Shown here piece after piece: positions 24,080-37,529 of a stretch of 64,000 bases of DNA. This DNA is from Mobula hypostoma (Eukaryota). The number at the start of each line of letters is the position of its first letter. The first letter of the stretch is position 1. Made by a program: the position numbers and the translations under genes. The stretch lies in contig NC_086097.1 in the NCBI RefSeq assembly GCF_963921235.1, positions 15,128,001 through 15,192,000 on the forward strand, written 5' to 3'. Under the pieces are notes generated by a model, which did not search any database, was not told the DNA's origin, and saw only the letters and a program-made list of their open reading frames with translations.

Positions 24080-24710
24080 ACATCACACACAACCGTTCAT
24101 GGTCCCAGAACACATCTAGACAGTCAAGAATGCTCACCAATACCTCTACATTCTGAAGGAGTCTGAAGAGATCTGGACTTTGCATATCTATAGCTACATC
24201 ATTCTACAGAATCACAGTAGAGAGCATCTCAACAAGCTACATCACTGCTTGGTATGGAAACTGCACTGCAGTGGACTCTACAACAGGTTGTCAAAACTGC
24301 CCAATGCCTCACAGGCATCATCCTACTTGCCATCAGACAGATATGTACAGTCAGGTGCTGGAAAAAGGCCAGTAACATCATCCATCCTGCCCATCAGGGA
24401 GGAGGCTACATAGCATCCACGCCAGGACCACCAGACTAAAAACCAGTTACTTTCCCTGAGCAGTGAGGCTGATCAACACCCCCACCCACTAACTCCACCA
24501 CTATTTTGTTATTTCCCGTCAGTCACTTTATGGACATACAATCAATCTATGTATATAAACTATCTTACGTGTTTATATTTATTGTGTGCTTTTTATAATT
24601 GTTATTGTGTTCTTTATCTTTTGTGGGTTTTTTGTGTTGCATCAGATCCGGAGTAACAATTATTTTGTTCTCCGTACACTTGTGTACAGAAAATGACATT
24701 AAACAATTTT
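24080..24710 (+). mobile_element. Rex/Babar-like LINE 3' fragment
   Basis: Decayed ESI...ITAWYGNC...RCWKKASNII motifs. Confidence 0.7.
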
Positions 24711-25021
24711 GAAGCAGCACTGAGGTGTCAAGCTGAGATTTCCACAGTCGAGTTTTTGAAGAACTTAAATCCGAAGCCTCCTGATTCAGAGTTTTATGGA
24801 TTAGTCACAGATGAAGCAAATATAAACAGGCATAACCAGCCAGAAGAGGGGAAGTGAAGCTACTGAGGCATTCAAAGTGTAAATGCCATTGATAATGTCT
24901 ACACTCACTCAACCATCTTGGCATTTTGGATTCACGTAGCTGTTAGATTGGTTTAGAATGACAGATTTCTTTCCCTGAAGAAGAATAGAAAACCAGGTGA
25001 GTTTTTACAATAATCTGGAGG

Positions 25022-25460
25022 TTTCAAAGTTCAAAGTAAATTCCATTATCAAAGTACATATATGTCACCATATACCACCCTGAGATTCTTTTTCCTGTGG
25101 GCATACTCAGCAAATCTGTAGAATGGTAACTGTAACAGGATCACTGAAAGATCAACCAGAGTGATGGAAATGTAAATAGATGGCAATAAATAACGAGAAC
25201 ATGAGATAATGAGATAATAAGTCCTTAAAGTGAGATCATTGGTTGTGGGAACATTTCAACGATGAGGCAAGTGAGTGGAGTTATCCCCTTTTATTTAAGA
25301 GGCGGATGGCTGAGGGGTAGTAGCTGTTCCTGAACCTGGTGGTACAGATCCTGAAGCTCTTGTACCTGCTACCGGATGGCAGCAGCGAGAAGAGAGCAGG
25401 ACCTGGGTGATGAGGATCTCTGATGATGGATGCTGCTTTCCTATGACAGCGTTTCATGTG
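25022..25460 (-). mobile_element. Rex/Babar-like LINE 3' fragment
   Basis: (ttcaaag)n tail; homologous to 3236-3700. Confidence 0.8.
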
Positions 25461-26344
25461 GATTCATAGTTTACCACAGTTAACAAAACAAACTGAGGTT
25501 TCTTTTGATAAAATCTCTGATTTAACTGACTCAGATTCTTCAGCTGCTATGGTGGGATTCGAACTCTCTCACTGAATAAACGTCCGGAATTCTGGTTTTA
25601 AGTTTTATATTGAATTGACCACATTGAGTCAACGATGTTTAACTCTCTTGGCGTGGGATTTGCCTTTTAGCTGCTGCTGACATCACTGCGGTTGGCAAGG
25701 ACAACCTGACCTCAAGGCCTGTTTCCAAGCTCTATTACTCTTTGACTCCGTCCAGCTTTCCAGCACATCCCCCCCACCCCCCGTTTACACCTTACATGGC
25801 AACAGAACTTACAGCTGTTCTCCGACACGAAAGACACTCAATCCATCTCCCTGGTACTTTTTAATCCTTGCAGTCGGGATCAGGGCATCCCACGCTGCAG
25901 GGTCAGCACCTTGCCTGGCCCACGACCCCTGAGGGGACACAGAGGGATCCTTCATCTGTGCAGCTGTCAACCGCTCTCAGATCTGGAACAGGCATCTCAC
26001 TCCCAAGAGCTCCACTCTCTGACCTCCCTCACGCCTGCCGCCGCCTAAGTACTGTGCATCTAATAAACTTAGCAATCCCAAAGGCGGCTCTGTGTTGGAA
26101 CTAGTGTGAGCTAGCATTAAATGGTTCAAAGCCAGTGTAAACCTGACACCTTTTTTATAATGCTGTCTCATTGAACCGATAATATACTTTCCCTTTTCCA
26201 AATACTCCAGTATTATGCAAGGTATTTTTTTTTAAATAAGACTTTTGCCGAAAAGATATATTTTGAATTTAAGAATTAAAAATGGACATAATCCCCTGCA
26301 GGTCCATAACTTGCGGGGAGTCTGGGGTAAGTGCTTCTTCCTGT

Positions 26345-27100
26345 AGGTCAAATACGATGGCAGAATATAGTATTAATGGCAAGACTCTTGGCAGTGTGGA
26401 GGATCAGAGGGATCTTTGGGTCCGAGTCCACAGGACACTCAAAGCTGCTGTGCAGGTTGACTGTGTGGTTAAGAAGGCATACGGTGCATTGGCCTTCATC
26501 AACCGTAGGATTGAGTTCAAGAGCCGACAGGTAATGTTGCAGCCATATAGGACCCAGGTCAGGCCCCACTTGGAGTACTGTGCTCAATTCTGGTCGCCTC
26601 ACTACAGGAAGGACGTGGAAACTATAGAAAGGGTGGCAGAGGAGATGTTGCCTGGATTGGGGAGCATGCCTTATGAGAAAAGGTTGAGTGAACGCGGCCT
26701 TTTCTCCTTGGAATGGCGGAGGATGACAGATGACCTGAAAGAGGTGTAGAAGATGATGAGAGGCGTTGATCGTGTGGATAGTCAGAGGCTTTTCCCCAGG
26801 GCTAAAATAGCTAGCATGAGAGGGCACAGTTTTAAGGTGCTTGGAAGTATGTACAGAGGAGATATCAGGGATAAGTTTTTTACACAGAGAGTGGTGAGTG
26901 TGTGGAATGGGCTGCCGGCAATGGTGGTGGAGGCAGATATGATAGGGTCTTTTAAGACACTCCTGGATAGGTACATGGAGCTTAGAAAAATAGAGGGCTA
27001 TGGGTAACTCTAGGTAATTTCTAAAGTAAGTACATGTTCGGCACAGCGTTGTGAGCCAAAGAGCCTGTATTGTGCTGTAGGTTTTCTATTTATGTTTCTA
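26345..27100 (+). mobile_element. CR1 LINE 3' fragment
   Basis: ORFs 26282..26749 and 26753..27007: EYSINGKTLGSVEDQRDL...VRPHLEYCAQFWSP...FFTQRVVSVWNGLP. Confidence 0.9.
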
Positions 27101-27769
27101 TCTATCTGTGCGATACGGTGTGGAATACTGGTAAGAAATTTGAAGATTAGTTCAAATGGTCAAATAGCAATACTATTGATGAGTGCACGGTTAATAAAAT
27201 AATAATAACAATAATAAAGAAAAGGTAAATAATTAAGTGGGGAATAATTGGGCAGTGCTTTCAGAAACAGGGAGCTCATACTCCAGATGGGGTGAATGGC
27301 CTCTCTCTATGTGGTGCGAAACTTTTGCGATACCGTACTCTGCATTCAGAGCAGCAGATATACTGGAAGTCCAATCGCAGCTCACCCCCTCACCCTTCGA
27401 TGGATAACTGGGGTTTGGTTCACTGCTCCAGCAACGTGAATGTAGAGAGCGGACGACGGGAAACCTAAAGCAACACACACAATATGCTGGAGAAACTCGG
27501 CAGGTCAGACAGCAACTATGGAAATAAACAGATAGTCGACATTTTGGGCCGAGAGTCTTCTCAGGAAACCCCTAACCTCTTGCAGACCTGTTATCTCCAG
27601 GACAGGGGCAGGGGAAAGAAAGCTCAGGGGTGGCTGAAACTGGCTAAGGCTAATATTTGTGCCTCGCTTAAAGTAAACTCAAAGTTATACCTGTATTTGC
27701 AGACTCTCGTGTCTTCCTTTGAATTAATTTACTGTTTTGAGGTTACAAAACATAACATGTACATGTTTA

Positions 27770-27961
27770 TCTGTGTGTGTGTAATGTGTTTAGCAGTCTG
27801 TGTATGTGTTTAACAATGTGTGTGTGTGTGTCTGTGTATGTTTAACAATGTGTGTGTATGTGTGTGTGTGTGTCTTTAGCAATGTGTGTGTATGTTTGAC
27901 AATGTGTGTGTATGTGTGTGTTTAGCAATGTGTGTGTGTGTCTGTGTGTTTAGCAATGTGT

Positions 27962-28000
<39 letters not shown>

Positions 28001-28332
28001 TGTGTATGTTTAGCAATGTGTGTGTGTCCGTGTGTGTTTAGCAATGTGTGTGTGTGTGTGTGTTTGAAAATGTGTGTGTATGTGTGTGTGTGTCTGTGTA
28101 TGTTTAGCAATGTGTGTGTATGTGTGTGTGTGTCCGTGTGTGTTTAGCAATGTGTGTGTGTGTGTTTGAAAATGTGTGTGTATGTGTGTGTGTGTCTGTG
28201 TATGTTTAGCAATGTGTGTGTGTGTGTATGATAATGTGTGTGTCTGTGTCTGTGTGTGTTTAGCAATGTGTGTGTGTGTATGATAATGTGTGTGTCTGTG
28301 TCTGTGTGTGTTTGACAATGTGTGTGTATGTT
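27770..28332. repeat. Compound (TG)n microsatellite punctuated by TTTAGCAATG-like motifs
   Basis: Seen directly; roughly 15-20 (TG)n tracts separated by tttagcaa/tttaacaa/tttgacaa/tttgaaaa/tatgataa. Confidence 0.95.
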
Positions 28333-28429
28333 TCTGAGATCCCGGTTCTAAATGCCATTGTTTATGGAGGAGGGGAGCAGTCCTGCAGCTTGCTAGAACC
28401 CGTGCCTGTGAATCAGACCTAAACGCAGT

Positions 28430-28713
28430 CAGCAGATCCATTACAGAGAGTGGCTGAGGAGATCAGCGGATCCATTACAGAGAGTGGCTGAGGAGATCAG
28501 CAGATCCATTACAGAGAGTGACTGAGCAGATCAGCAGATCCATTACAGAGAGTGGCTGAGGAGATCAGCAGATCCATTACAGAGAGTGGCTGAGCAGATC
28601 AGCAGATCCATTACAGAGAGTGGCTGAGGAGATCAGCAGATCCATTACAGAGAGTGGCTGAGGAGATCAGCAGATCCATTACAGAGAGTGGCTGAGGAGA
28701 TCAGCAGATCCAT
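28430..28713. repeat. 34-bp minisatellite, 8 full units plus 12 bp
   Basis: Unit CAGCAGATCCATTACAGAGAGTGGCTGAGGAGAT starting at 28430, 28464 ... 28668, 28702, with few substitutions. Confidence 0.95.
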
Positions 28714-29051
28714 GGCTGTACTACAGGGACACCAATGCTTCCATCATGATTGCACTGTGGGGATGGGAATTGAAAGAAGGAATCGGGAGCCATTCCTGAA
28801 ACCTGTGGTGATTGTCTGTTGGGTGTACCCATAACAGGAAGCATGTCCGAGAGAGAGTTTACAGTGGAAAAGCCATTGCTCTGGGGTAGTCCCACTCCAC
28901 CGACCCCAGTCCCCAGTGGTACCCTAGTAAGTTCAATCCTCAGGCCTTTCATGGAAGTTTTGTTTGCCACTGATACCCAAGATCAGATTTCACCCCATAG
29001 CACGGTTTGAGTAAATAATTCCACCAAAGATGAGAAGAAGAAAACCAGGGA

Positions 29052-29308
29052 TACCACAGTAGCCAAGCAGTTAGCACGATGCTATTACAGCTTAGGGTGC
29101 CAGAGTTCAATTCTGATGCCGTCTGTAAGAATTTTGTACATTCCTTCCCCTGAGCACAGGGGTTTTCTCTGGGTGCTCTGGTTTCCTCCCACAGACGTTA
29201 GGCGTATTGGTCCCTGTGATTATACCAGTGTTAAATAGGCGGGTTGCTGGACGGTATGGCCCATTGGGCCGGAATGGCCTGTTCCGCGCTGTAAAAATAA
29301 GTAAGTAA
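29052..29308 (+). mobile_element. V-type tRNA SINE
   Basis: B box gagttcaattc and V-domain gggtgctctggtttcctcccacag. Confidence 0.75.
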
Positions 29309-30352
29309 AACACGACAGACGCTGGGTATCTGAAACAAAAGCAGAAAATGCTGAAGCATGCTGCAAAGCTGCTGAATTTTTGCAGCAGTCTCTGCTACTG
29401 TTCCAACATTACTAACCTTCATGCTTCACTTCTGCTAACAGAAGGAAGCTGAATGGGTCCTTAGGAGGGTTATGAGATTTAACCAGTCAACTTTTAAGGA
29501 AGATTATATAATCTCATTTCATGTAAACTGGAGCCACTAAAGTACTGACAATTCGGCACTAATTGATAGTAAATATCAACGTGAAACCAGCAGAGAGAAT
29601 CCTTCAATTAATGAGTTGTGTGAAGATTGCCCAGGCAAATGTTTGTTCTCAGAGAAGGGTATCATATTCAATGCCCCCAACCCAAGCCACTCAGCTGGCT
29701 TACATCAGATACCAAAATACCATCTGAAACTAACAGCAACTCCAGGAGTCACGGTACCTTCTGTAAACTGTGCTTGCATTACAGCATCAGTATAGCAAGC
29801 CAAGTTTGACATGTCTTTTCATCTAACTATTATTTCCTATATGTTTCTACTTGACTGCACCAGCAGGTTCACAAATATCTATTAGGCCTCAATCATCTGG
29901 CTCCTGAAGCAGAGGGGATAACTTCATTCAATTTCACTCTCCCCAACACTGAATTATTTCCACAACTTATGGGCTCAATTTCAAGGACTCTTCATCTCAT
30001 GTTCTTACTATTTGCTACCTATCTATCTATTTATTTATTTATTTATTTATTAATTATTCATTTGTTTGGTTTCTTTGTAATTACTGTGAATGCCTGCAAG
30101 AAAATGAGTCTCCAGGTTGTACATGTTGACAGATGCACTTTGATAATAAATTTACTTTCAACTATTTACCCTTTGCGGGTGAATACCAATCAGAATCAGC
30201 CCACTCACAACTGCAAAAGGAACCAAACACAAGAGGGTAAAGGTTTAAGGATGTTTTAGAATGAGAATCAGGATCACATTTATTATCACTGATATATGTC
30301 ATGAAATTTGTCATTTCATGGTAGCACTACCGTCGTCATTATCATCATGAGA

Positions 30353-31220
30353 CTTGGATAGATTGGGAGAATGGGCAGAGAAGTGGCAAATGAAATACAA
30401 TGTTGGAAAGTGTACGGTTATGCACTTTGGCAGAAGAAATAAACGGGCAGACTATTATTTAAATGGGGAGAGAATTCAAAGTTCTGAGATGCAACGGGAC
30501 TTGGGAGCCCTCGTGCAGGATACCCTTAAGGTTAACCTCCAGGTTGAGTCGGTAGTGAAGACGGTGAATGCAATGTTGGCATTCATTTCTAGAGGAATAG
30601 AGTATAGCAGCAGGGATGTGATGTTGAGGTTCTATAAGGCACTGGTAAGACCTCACTTGGAGTACTGTGGGCAGATTTGGGCTCCTTATTTAAGAAAGGA
30701 TGTGCTGACTTTGGAGAGGGTACAAAAAAGATTCACTAGAATGATTCCGGGAATGAGAGGGTTAACATATGAGGAACATTTGTCCGTTCTTGGACTGTAC
30801 TGCTTGGAGTTTAGAAGAATGAGGGGGGAACTCATAGAAACATTTCGAATGTTGAAAGGCATGGACAGAGTGGATGTGGCAAAGTTGTTTCCCATGATGG
30901 GAGAGTCTAGTACGAGAGGGCATGACGTAAGGATTGAAGGGCACCCATTCAGAGCAGAGATGCAAAGAAATTTTTTTCGCCAGAGGGTGGTGAATCTGTG
31001 GAATTTGTTGCCACGGGCGGCAGTGGAGGCCAAGTCATTGGGTGTATTTAAGGCAAAGATTGATAGGTATCTGAGTAGCCAGGGTATCAAAGGTTATGAT
31101 GAGAAGGCGGGGGAGTGGGACTAAATGGGAGAATGGATCAGCTCATGATAAAATGGCGGAGCAGACTCGATGGGCCAAATGGCTGACTTCTGCTCCTTTG
31201 TCTTATGGTCTTATGGTCTT
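30353..31220 (+). mobile_element. CR1 LINE 3' fragment with an open 256-codon frame
   Basis: LDRLGEWAEKWQMKYNVGKC...LVRPHLEYC...VVNLWNLLP and a (tcttatgg)n tail. Confidence 0.95.
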
Positions 31221-31600
31221 ATCATTATGTGCCGTGTCGTATGACATGGGTAATCATAGTCTTGACCATGATTGTTCTTGACAATTTTTCTACAGAAGTG
31301 GTTCACCATTGCCTTCTCCTGGGCAGTGTCTCTACAAGACAGGTGACCTCAACCATTATCAATGCTACTCAGAGATTGTCTGACGGGCGTCAGTGGTCCC
31401 ATAGCCAGGACCTTGTGATATGCACCAGCTGCTCGTATGACCATCCACCACCTGCTCCCATGGCTTCATGTGACTCTGATCAGGGGTGGGGTAGGGGGCT
31501 AAGCAGGTGCTACACCTTGCCCAAGGGTGGCCTGCATGCTAGTGGAGAGAAGGTGCATCTTATGCGTTCTTTGTTAGAGACATATCTCTCCCTTGCCACC
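31221..31600 (-). mobile_element. Non-autonomous RTE-related repeat
   Basis: Reverse complement of 11790-12182. Its tail continues at about 30332-30349 on the other side of the CR1. Confidence 0.65.
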
Positions 31601-32229
31601 AGAAGCAATACAATACATTAAAAATGCTAAAAGTTGCAATAAATATATAAAAATATATTTAAAAAATAAATAGTGCATAGGAATAGTACATTAGTGAGGT
31701 AGAGTTCATGGTTTCTTGGATCTTACAGATATCTGATAGCAGAGGGGAAGAAGCTGTTCCTAAAATGTTGAGTGTGCATCCTCAGGTTCCTGTACCTCCC
31801 TGATGGTGGCAATGAGAAGGGAACATGCCCTACTTGGCGAGGGTCCTTAAAGATGCCATCTTCTTAAGGCATGGTCAGTTGAGGATGTCCTTGATGGTGG
31901 AGAGGCTGGTGCCCATGATGGAGTTCGTTGAATATACAAATCTCTGCAGCTTTTTTTTCAATCCTTTGCACTGGACCCTCCCTGCTAGGTGGTAATGGTA
32001 AGGTAGCTTTGATCATGTTTCCTGACTATGAACATATTGCACCGCAGGAGACAGAAGGGGTACCCATTTCTTCAACAGCTGGGGCATCATTGACTCAATA
32101 AACCTCCTGAACAATGGATGGTCCACCTTTCAATGGTAAGGTACCCCATCCACCAGACCAACTCATTTGGTCCCACCATACCAGATATTCCCTTTTTCTA
32201 ATCCATCCCTCTCCTACCTTCCCTGCAAA

Positions 32230-32445
32230 TGAAAATGCAAAAGATTCTGCAGATGCTGTAAATAATGAGTAACACACACAAAATGCTGGAGGAATTCAGC
32301 AAGTTAGGCAGCATCGATGCAGCAGAATAAACAGTCGTCTTTTCTGGCTGAGACCCTTCATCAGGACTGGAGAGGAAGGGGGCTGAGACAGAATAAGATG
32401 GTGCAAGAGGGAAGGAAGTACAAAAAGGCAGGTGAAACCAGAAGA
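32230..32445 (-). mobile_element. Penelope-like terminal repeat fragment
   Basis: acacacaaaatgctggaggaattcagcaag... and a decayed hammerhead at 32333-32368. Confidence 0.75.
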
Positions 32446-33204
32446 GGGGGTTCAATTCTTCCAGTATTGGTGCACGGTACAGCAGTTTCTAACTCATGCT
32501 ACTAGCAGCACCCCTCAAATCCACAACCGCCAAACACTAAGAAGACTCAGGTACACGAGAACATCACTGCCTCTGATTTCTCCTCAAAATCACATGCCAA
32601 TCTGACTTGGAAGTATATTGTTGGTTCTTCACCGTTGCTGGATCTAAATCCTGGAACTCCTCACAGAGCACAGCTGAGGGAATCCCTTCTCCAGAAGGGA
32701 TACAGCTAGTCAAGAAGGTGGCTTATCTTATAATGGGAAATTAAAGATCAGAGATAAAAGCTGGACCTCCTGGTAACATCCAGATCCCAAAAGCTGATCA
32801 CGGAAAGCAATTCAATTTACTGGAAAGGCTGACATTAGTATAGTCAGAAGGTGATTTCAACTTCTAGTGTGGGTGGAATAAGACAGAATCAGATCCCGGT
32901 ATGAAGAAGAGATTCAATCCCTGCCCATTATACACCATGCAAATGCCAACGGCTTAACCCTTCCAGTACATTCCATTTCTGCTCAAGAAAACTAAATTCA
33001 CCTTAACAAAGAACATAGAACAAAAGTCCAAATACACCATAACATCCGCCCTTATCGACTCTGCTAGTTACAGTCAAAGACCATATGTCAAACACCATTT
33101 CCATCTCATAGGTCCACGTTGCCTCTGGATAATCCAGTTACTATTTTCTAAATGTCCTATTACAAACTCCTTAAAAATAGAGTTCAACATTTTCCCTACC
33201 GCTG

Positions 33205-33690
33205 ATAAACACGGAACTTAGCAGAGTACAGGACAGGAACAGGCTCTTCAGTGCACAATGAGTAATCAAGTGGCCAACTAAACTAATCCTCTCCGCCTAC
33301 ACAATGTCCATATCCTTCCATTTTCCTCACATTCACCTGCCTACCTAAATGTCTCTTAAAACTCTTAAATGTATCTGTCTCTACCACCACCTCAGGCAGT
33401 GCATTCCTGATACCCACCACTGTGTAAAAAAAACTTACCCCTCACATCTCCTTTGAAATTACCCCCTCTCATCTTAAATGCATGCCCTCTGGTATTAGAT
33501 GTATCAACCCTGGTGGGGGGAAGATACTGTCTGTCCACTCTATCTATGCCTCTCATAGATCTTGTAAACCTCTATCAGATCCGCCCTCAACCTCTGCTGC
33601 TCTAGAGAAAACAACCCAAATTTGCCCAGGATCTCGTTATAGCACATGTCCTCTAATCCAGGCAGCATCTTGGTAAACCTCTTCAACCTA
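33205..33690 (-). mobile_element. CR1 LINE 3' fragment
   Basis: Reverse-strand TRGHAFKMRGGNFKGDVRGKFF-like coding remnant and CR1 3' UTR. Confidence 0.75.
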
Positions 33691-33982
33691 CAACCTTATT
33701 ACTTTGCAATCACTGCATGCGTCTTTAAGACAGAAACACAGATGGTATTCTTAAAGTGGATGAGACAGCAGAACATAAAAATACTCTGCAATATTACAAC
33801 ACTACACCCGGCTCTCGGAAATGAGCTGCTATTGAACATCTGTCCATGATGTGCCCGAACTAGAATTGGGCGTGAATCTTTCACCCATCCCACATCCGTA
33901 TGGATTGCTCATTCCTTGTACACACCTTTGGAATCGGGAGCCTACTCCCCACTGACCATTTTGAGGGCCCACATTGCAGGCT

Positions 33983-35240
33983 GTTCAAAGTTCAAAGCTC
34001 AAAGTAAGTTCATGATCAATGTACATATATGTCATTCTGGGATTCATTTTCTAGCGGGTATACTCAGTAAATCCAAGAACCATAACAGAATCAATGAAAG
34101 ACTGCACCCAACAGACTGGACAAACAACCAATGTGCAAAAGACAGCAAACTGTGCAAATACAAAAAGAAAAAAATAATAATACATAAATAAGCAATAAAT
34201 ATTGATAACATGAAATGAAGTCCTTGAAAGTGAGTCCATAGGTTGTGGGAAGAGTTCAGGTTGTGGGAAGAGTTCAGTGATGGGGTGAGTGAAGTTATCC
34301 CCTCTGGTTCAAGAGCCTGATGGTTGACAGGTAATAACTGTTCCTAAATCCGGCAGTGTGAGTCCAGCGGCTCCTCTACCTTCTTCCTGATGGCAGCAAC
34401 GAGAACAGAGAATGACCTGAGTGGTGGGTCCTCTGATGATGGATGCTGCTTTCCTGCGACAGCGCAACATGTAGATGTGCTCAATGGTGGGGAGGGCTTT
34501 AACCATGATGGACTGGGCCATATCCAAAGTTTGAAAGTTCAAAGTTCGAAGTACATTTATTATCAAAGTATACTTGATCTCCTTACAGGAAGCCATGAAG
34601 CAAAGAACCCCGATAGAACCCATTAGAAAAAGATCGCCAAACACCCAACGTGCAGAGAGAAAAAAAAATACAAATCATGCAAACAATAAAGCAAGCAAAC
34701 AACATTAAGAACTGAAATTCACAATGTCAGGCATCACTGCAACTGATTCAGAAGTCCGCAGAAGCCAATTCAGAAAGCCTCAGTCCAGCACAGAGTCAAG
34801 CAAACCCCGCAGAGCAGTGAGCCAAACTCGCCTCTGACCCTGACACCCCGACCATTTCAATCCGGCCCAGCTCTTAGTTCGTCCAAACCTCAGGTCATTC
34901 CTTGTCACCAGAGTATTAGATGTCATCCCAAATCTTTGCAAAGTTCTAAGGAAATAGAGGCACTGCCGTGCCTTCTTCACAATTGCACTTATGAGGTAGA
35001 CCCAGGGCAGGGCCTCTGAAAATGATAACATTGAGGAATTTTAAATTGCTGACTCCCTCCACCTTTGATCCCTCATGAGGACTGGCTCATAGACCTCCGC
35101 TTTCCTCCCCCTGAAATCAATAATCAGCTCCTTGGTCTTGCTGACATTGAGTGAGCAGTTGTTGTTGTGACACCACTCAGCCAGGTTTTCAATCTCTCAC
35201 CTAAATGCTGATCAGTCACCTCTTTTGACTTGGCTAAAGT
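33983..35240 (-). mobile_element. Two adjacent or nested Rex/Babar-like LINE 3' fragments
   Basis: Tails (aaagttc)n at about 33985 and 34526; RCRRKAASII and VKKARQCLYFLRTLQRFGM peptides. Confidence 0.75.
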
Positions 35241-35689
35241 TTCATGACAACATCGATATATTGAAAGCATCCATGTATGAGCCCTGTTTGACTCGTCATT
35301 CGGAGAATGGTTCATATTCTAATTCACTGAGACAGATGCACAAGCTTACTTTCCACTGCTAAACCCGGTCACATCAAAGAAGTGAGCAACAGACCAAAAA
35401 CAGCTACTTAAACATATGGTGTATTCATTCCTTTTACTGATGCCATGTGCCAAAACAGGAATCACTCTGAGGGGTGGGGTGAAGGGTAGCTGAACAATAT
35501 GAAATATGCTTTCTTTCGATGAGAGGCCCTGTGGTGTACTACAGAACCCCAGCCACTGAATTCAAAATAGAAACTTGCACAGCTGAATAGATTCCAGCAC
35601 AAGCCAGCTTTATACATCAGTATATGTACTGTATATGAACTGATGGTGAAAAGACAGCTTGTCCAGTCCTTTGACCTCTCTCATTAACA

Positions 35690-36015
35690 CTGAGTATTCA
35701 CCCACAGAACTGCAGCTCACTGGATGATTTTTGTTCCTTGCACCATTCTCCGTAAACTCTCGAGACTGTTATGCATGAAAATATCAGGAGTTTCCGATAT
35801 ACTCAAGCCATCTCATCCGACACCAATAATTATTTCACGATCAAAGTCACTTAGATCACATTGCTTCCCCTTTCTGAAGTTTAGTCTGAACAACAGCTGA
35901 ACCTTTTGACCACGCATGCATGCTCTTATGCATTAAGATGCTGCCACATGATTGGCTGATTAGATGTTTGCATTAACAAGCAGGAGTACGGGTGTACCTA
36001 GTAAAGTGGCGACAG
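35690..36015. mobile_element. Tc1/mariner non-autonomous element, right-end fragment
   Basis: Ends ggtgtacctagtaaagtggc..., matching the TIR type at 2829 (gccactttatta). Confidence 0.6.
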
Positions 36016-36189
36016 TATATTTTCCAAATCCTTGAGCATCTTTCGCCAGCACCCATGGTAAATGAAGACACCTGGCTCGTCCATCAGATTTCTGAATAGA
36101 CCATGAACCCATGAGCACTAGCTCACTATTTTTGCTTTCTTCTTACCCTACTTATTTAATGTTTTAAATATATTTCTTATGGTAATTTA

Positions 36190-36445
36190 ATGGGAGCAGG
36201 TGGTGGATGGTCCTATGAGCAGCTGGTGCATATCACAAGCCCTGGTTAGTCATTCACTTGATGCCAGGCATACAATCTCTGAAGACTATTGATAATGGCT
36301 GGGGTCACCCATCTTGTAAATACACTGCACAGAAGAAGACAATGGCAAGCCACTTCTGTAGAAAACTTTGCCAAGAACAATCATGGTCATGGAAAAAACA
36401 TTATTGCCCATGTCACATGAAACATTACCTAATAAATGAATGATG
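36190..36445 (+). mobile_element. Non-autonomous RTE-related repeat, 5'-truncated
   Basis: Colinear with about 11925-12182. Confidence 0.65.
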
Positions 36446-37059
36446 TCATTGATAATGAACCTGATCCTGGTTTGAATTCTGCTTATTGAGGTGACGTGAC
36501 TCTTGGTTGAAGTCACAGTGTTTGCTTGTATGAAGGTACAGACCTTAAGTCTGTGGGGACACAGTGCCCGTCTCTTTGAAGGGGACGATTTAATTCCTGC
36601 AAGTATGGGGACATATTTACCTGTATGAGATGGGGAGGGAGGGGAAAATATTTCTTACTTGTGTGCAAGCTCAGAACTGTAGGCTGAACAAGTCAGTTTG
36701 AATGCTGTACCTGATTTACTCTGTTTGAAATTCACTTACAATGAAAATAAATGGGGCCAGCTGATTATGCTTCTGATCCGTAGCATTTCTGAAGACTTTG
36801 CTCACACACTGCCTTGGTTCAAAACCAGCTAAATAGAGGAAAATCAGCTGCATAGTGCAGACCGAGCAGCTTCAGTCAGGAACTGCAGGGTTCCTGTGAT
36901 CTATCCATCTCTGGGAGAACGTGGTAATGTTGAAGAGTGTAAACGTTATAAAATCAAATACAAAGGAGAGCAATGCAATGCTGGTGCATCTAACAATTCA
37001 GAGAGTACACAAGACGAAAAGTGGCTTCAGTAAGGGCAAAAAGAACAGTAGGGTGCCAC

Positions 37060-37335
37060 AGGAGCACAGCAGTTATCGTGTTGCTATTACGGATTTAGAG
37101 TTCAATTCTGGCGTCATCTCTAAGAACTTTCTACATTCTTCCTGTGAGCATTTGGCTTTTGCTCCGGGTTCTCGTTTCCTTCCACAGTCCAAAGGTGTCT
37201 AAAGCCCACAGTGCAAAGACGGACTGGTTAGTAGGTTAATTGGTCATTGTAAATGTTCCTGGTGTTAAATCGTGGGTTGTTGGGCAGCACAGCTCTTTGG
37301 ACCAGAAGGGTCTGTTCCACACCGTATCTCTAACA
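37060..37335 (+). mobile_element. V-type tRNA SINE
   Basis: gagttcaattc B box and ctccgggttctcgtttccttccacagtccaaag V-domain. Confidence 0.7.
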
Positions 37336-37529
37336 GAGAAATAGGAAACAGGAGTGGGAGTGGGCTATTCCAGACCACAAAACTGCCTTCGGATACTGTC
37401 TGATCTCCTACCATTAAACCACCCACTGGCCTTTCACTGGTCAGAAATCTCTTACCGTCACTGAATGTTTCCACAATGAATAAACACATTGAAACGAGGA
37501 AAGGGGACTGCGTAGAATCAACAGAGACT

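Noticed and set aside
27922..28441. His/Thr- and Cys/Val-rich ORFs
   Set aside because: They are translations of the (TG)n/(CA)n microsatellite.
28430..28713. CRISPR-like array (34-bp repeats)
   Set aside because: Units are head-to-tail with no unique spacers, there are no cas genes, and the context is eukaryotic.
29704..29723. 20-nt minus-strand microexon (tttcag...gtaagc)
   Set aside because: Not a multiple of 3, short pyrimidine tract, and such matches are expected by chance.
34240..34277. 18-bp tandem duplication aggttgtgggaagagttc
   Set aside because: Trivial slippage event inside a LINE UTR.
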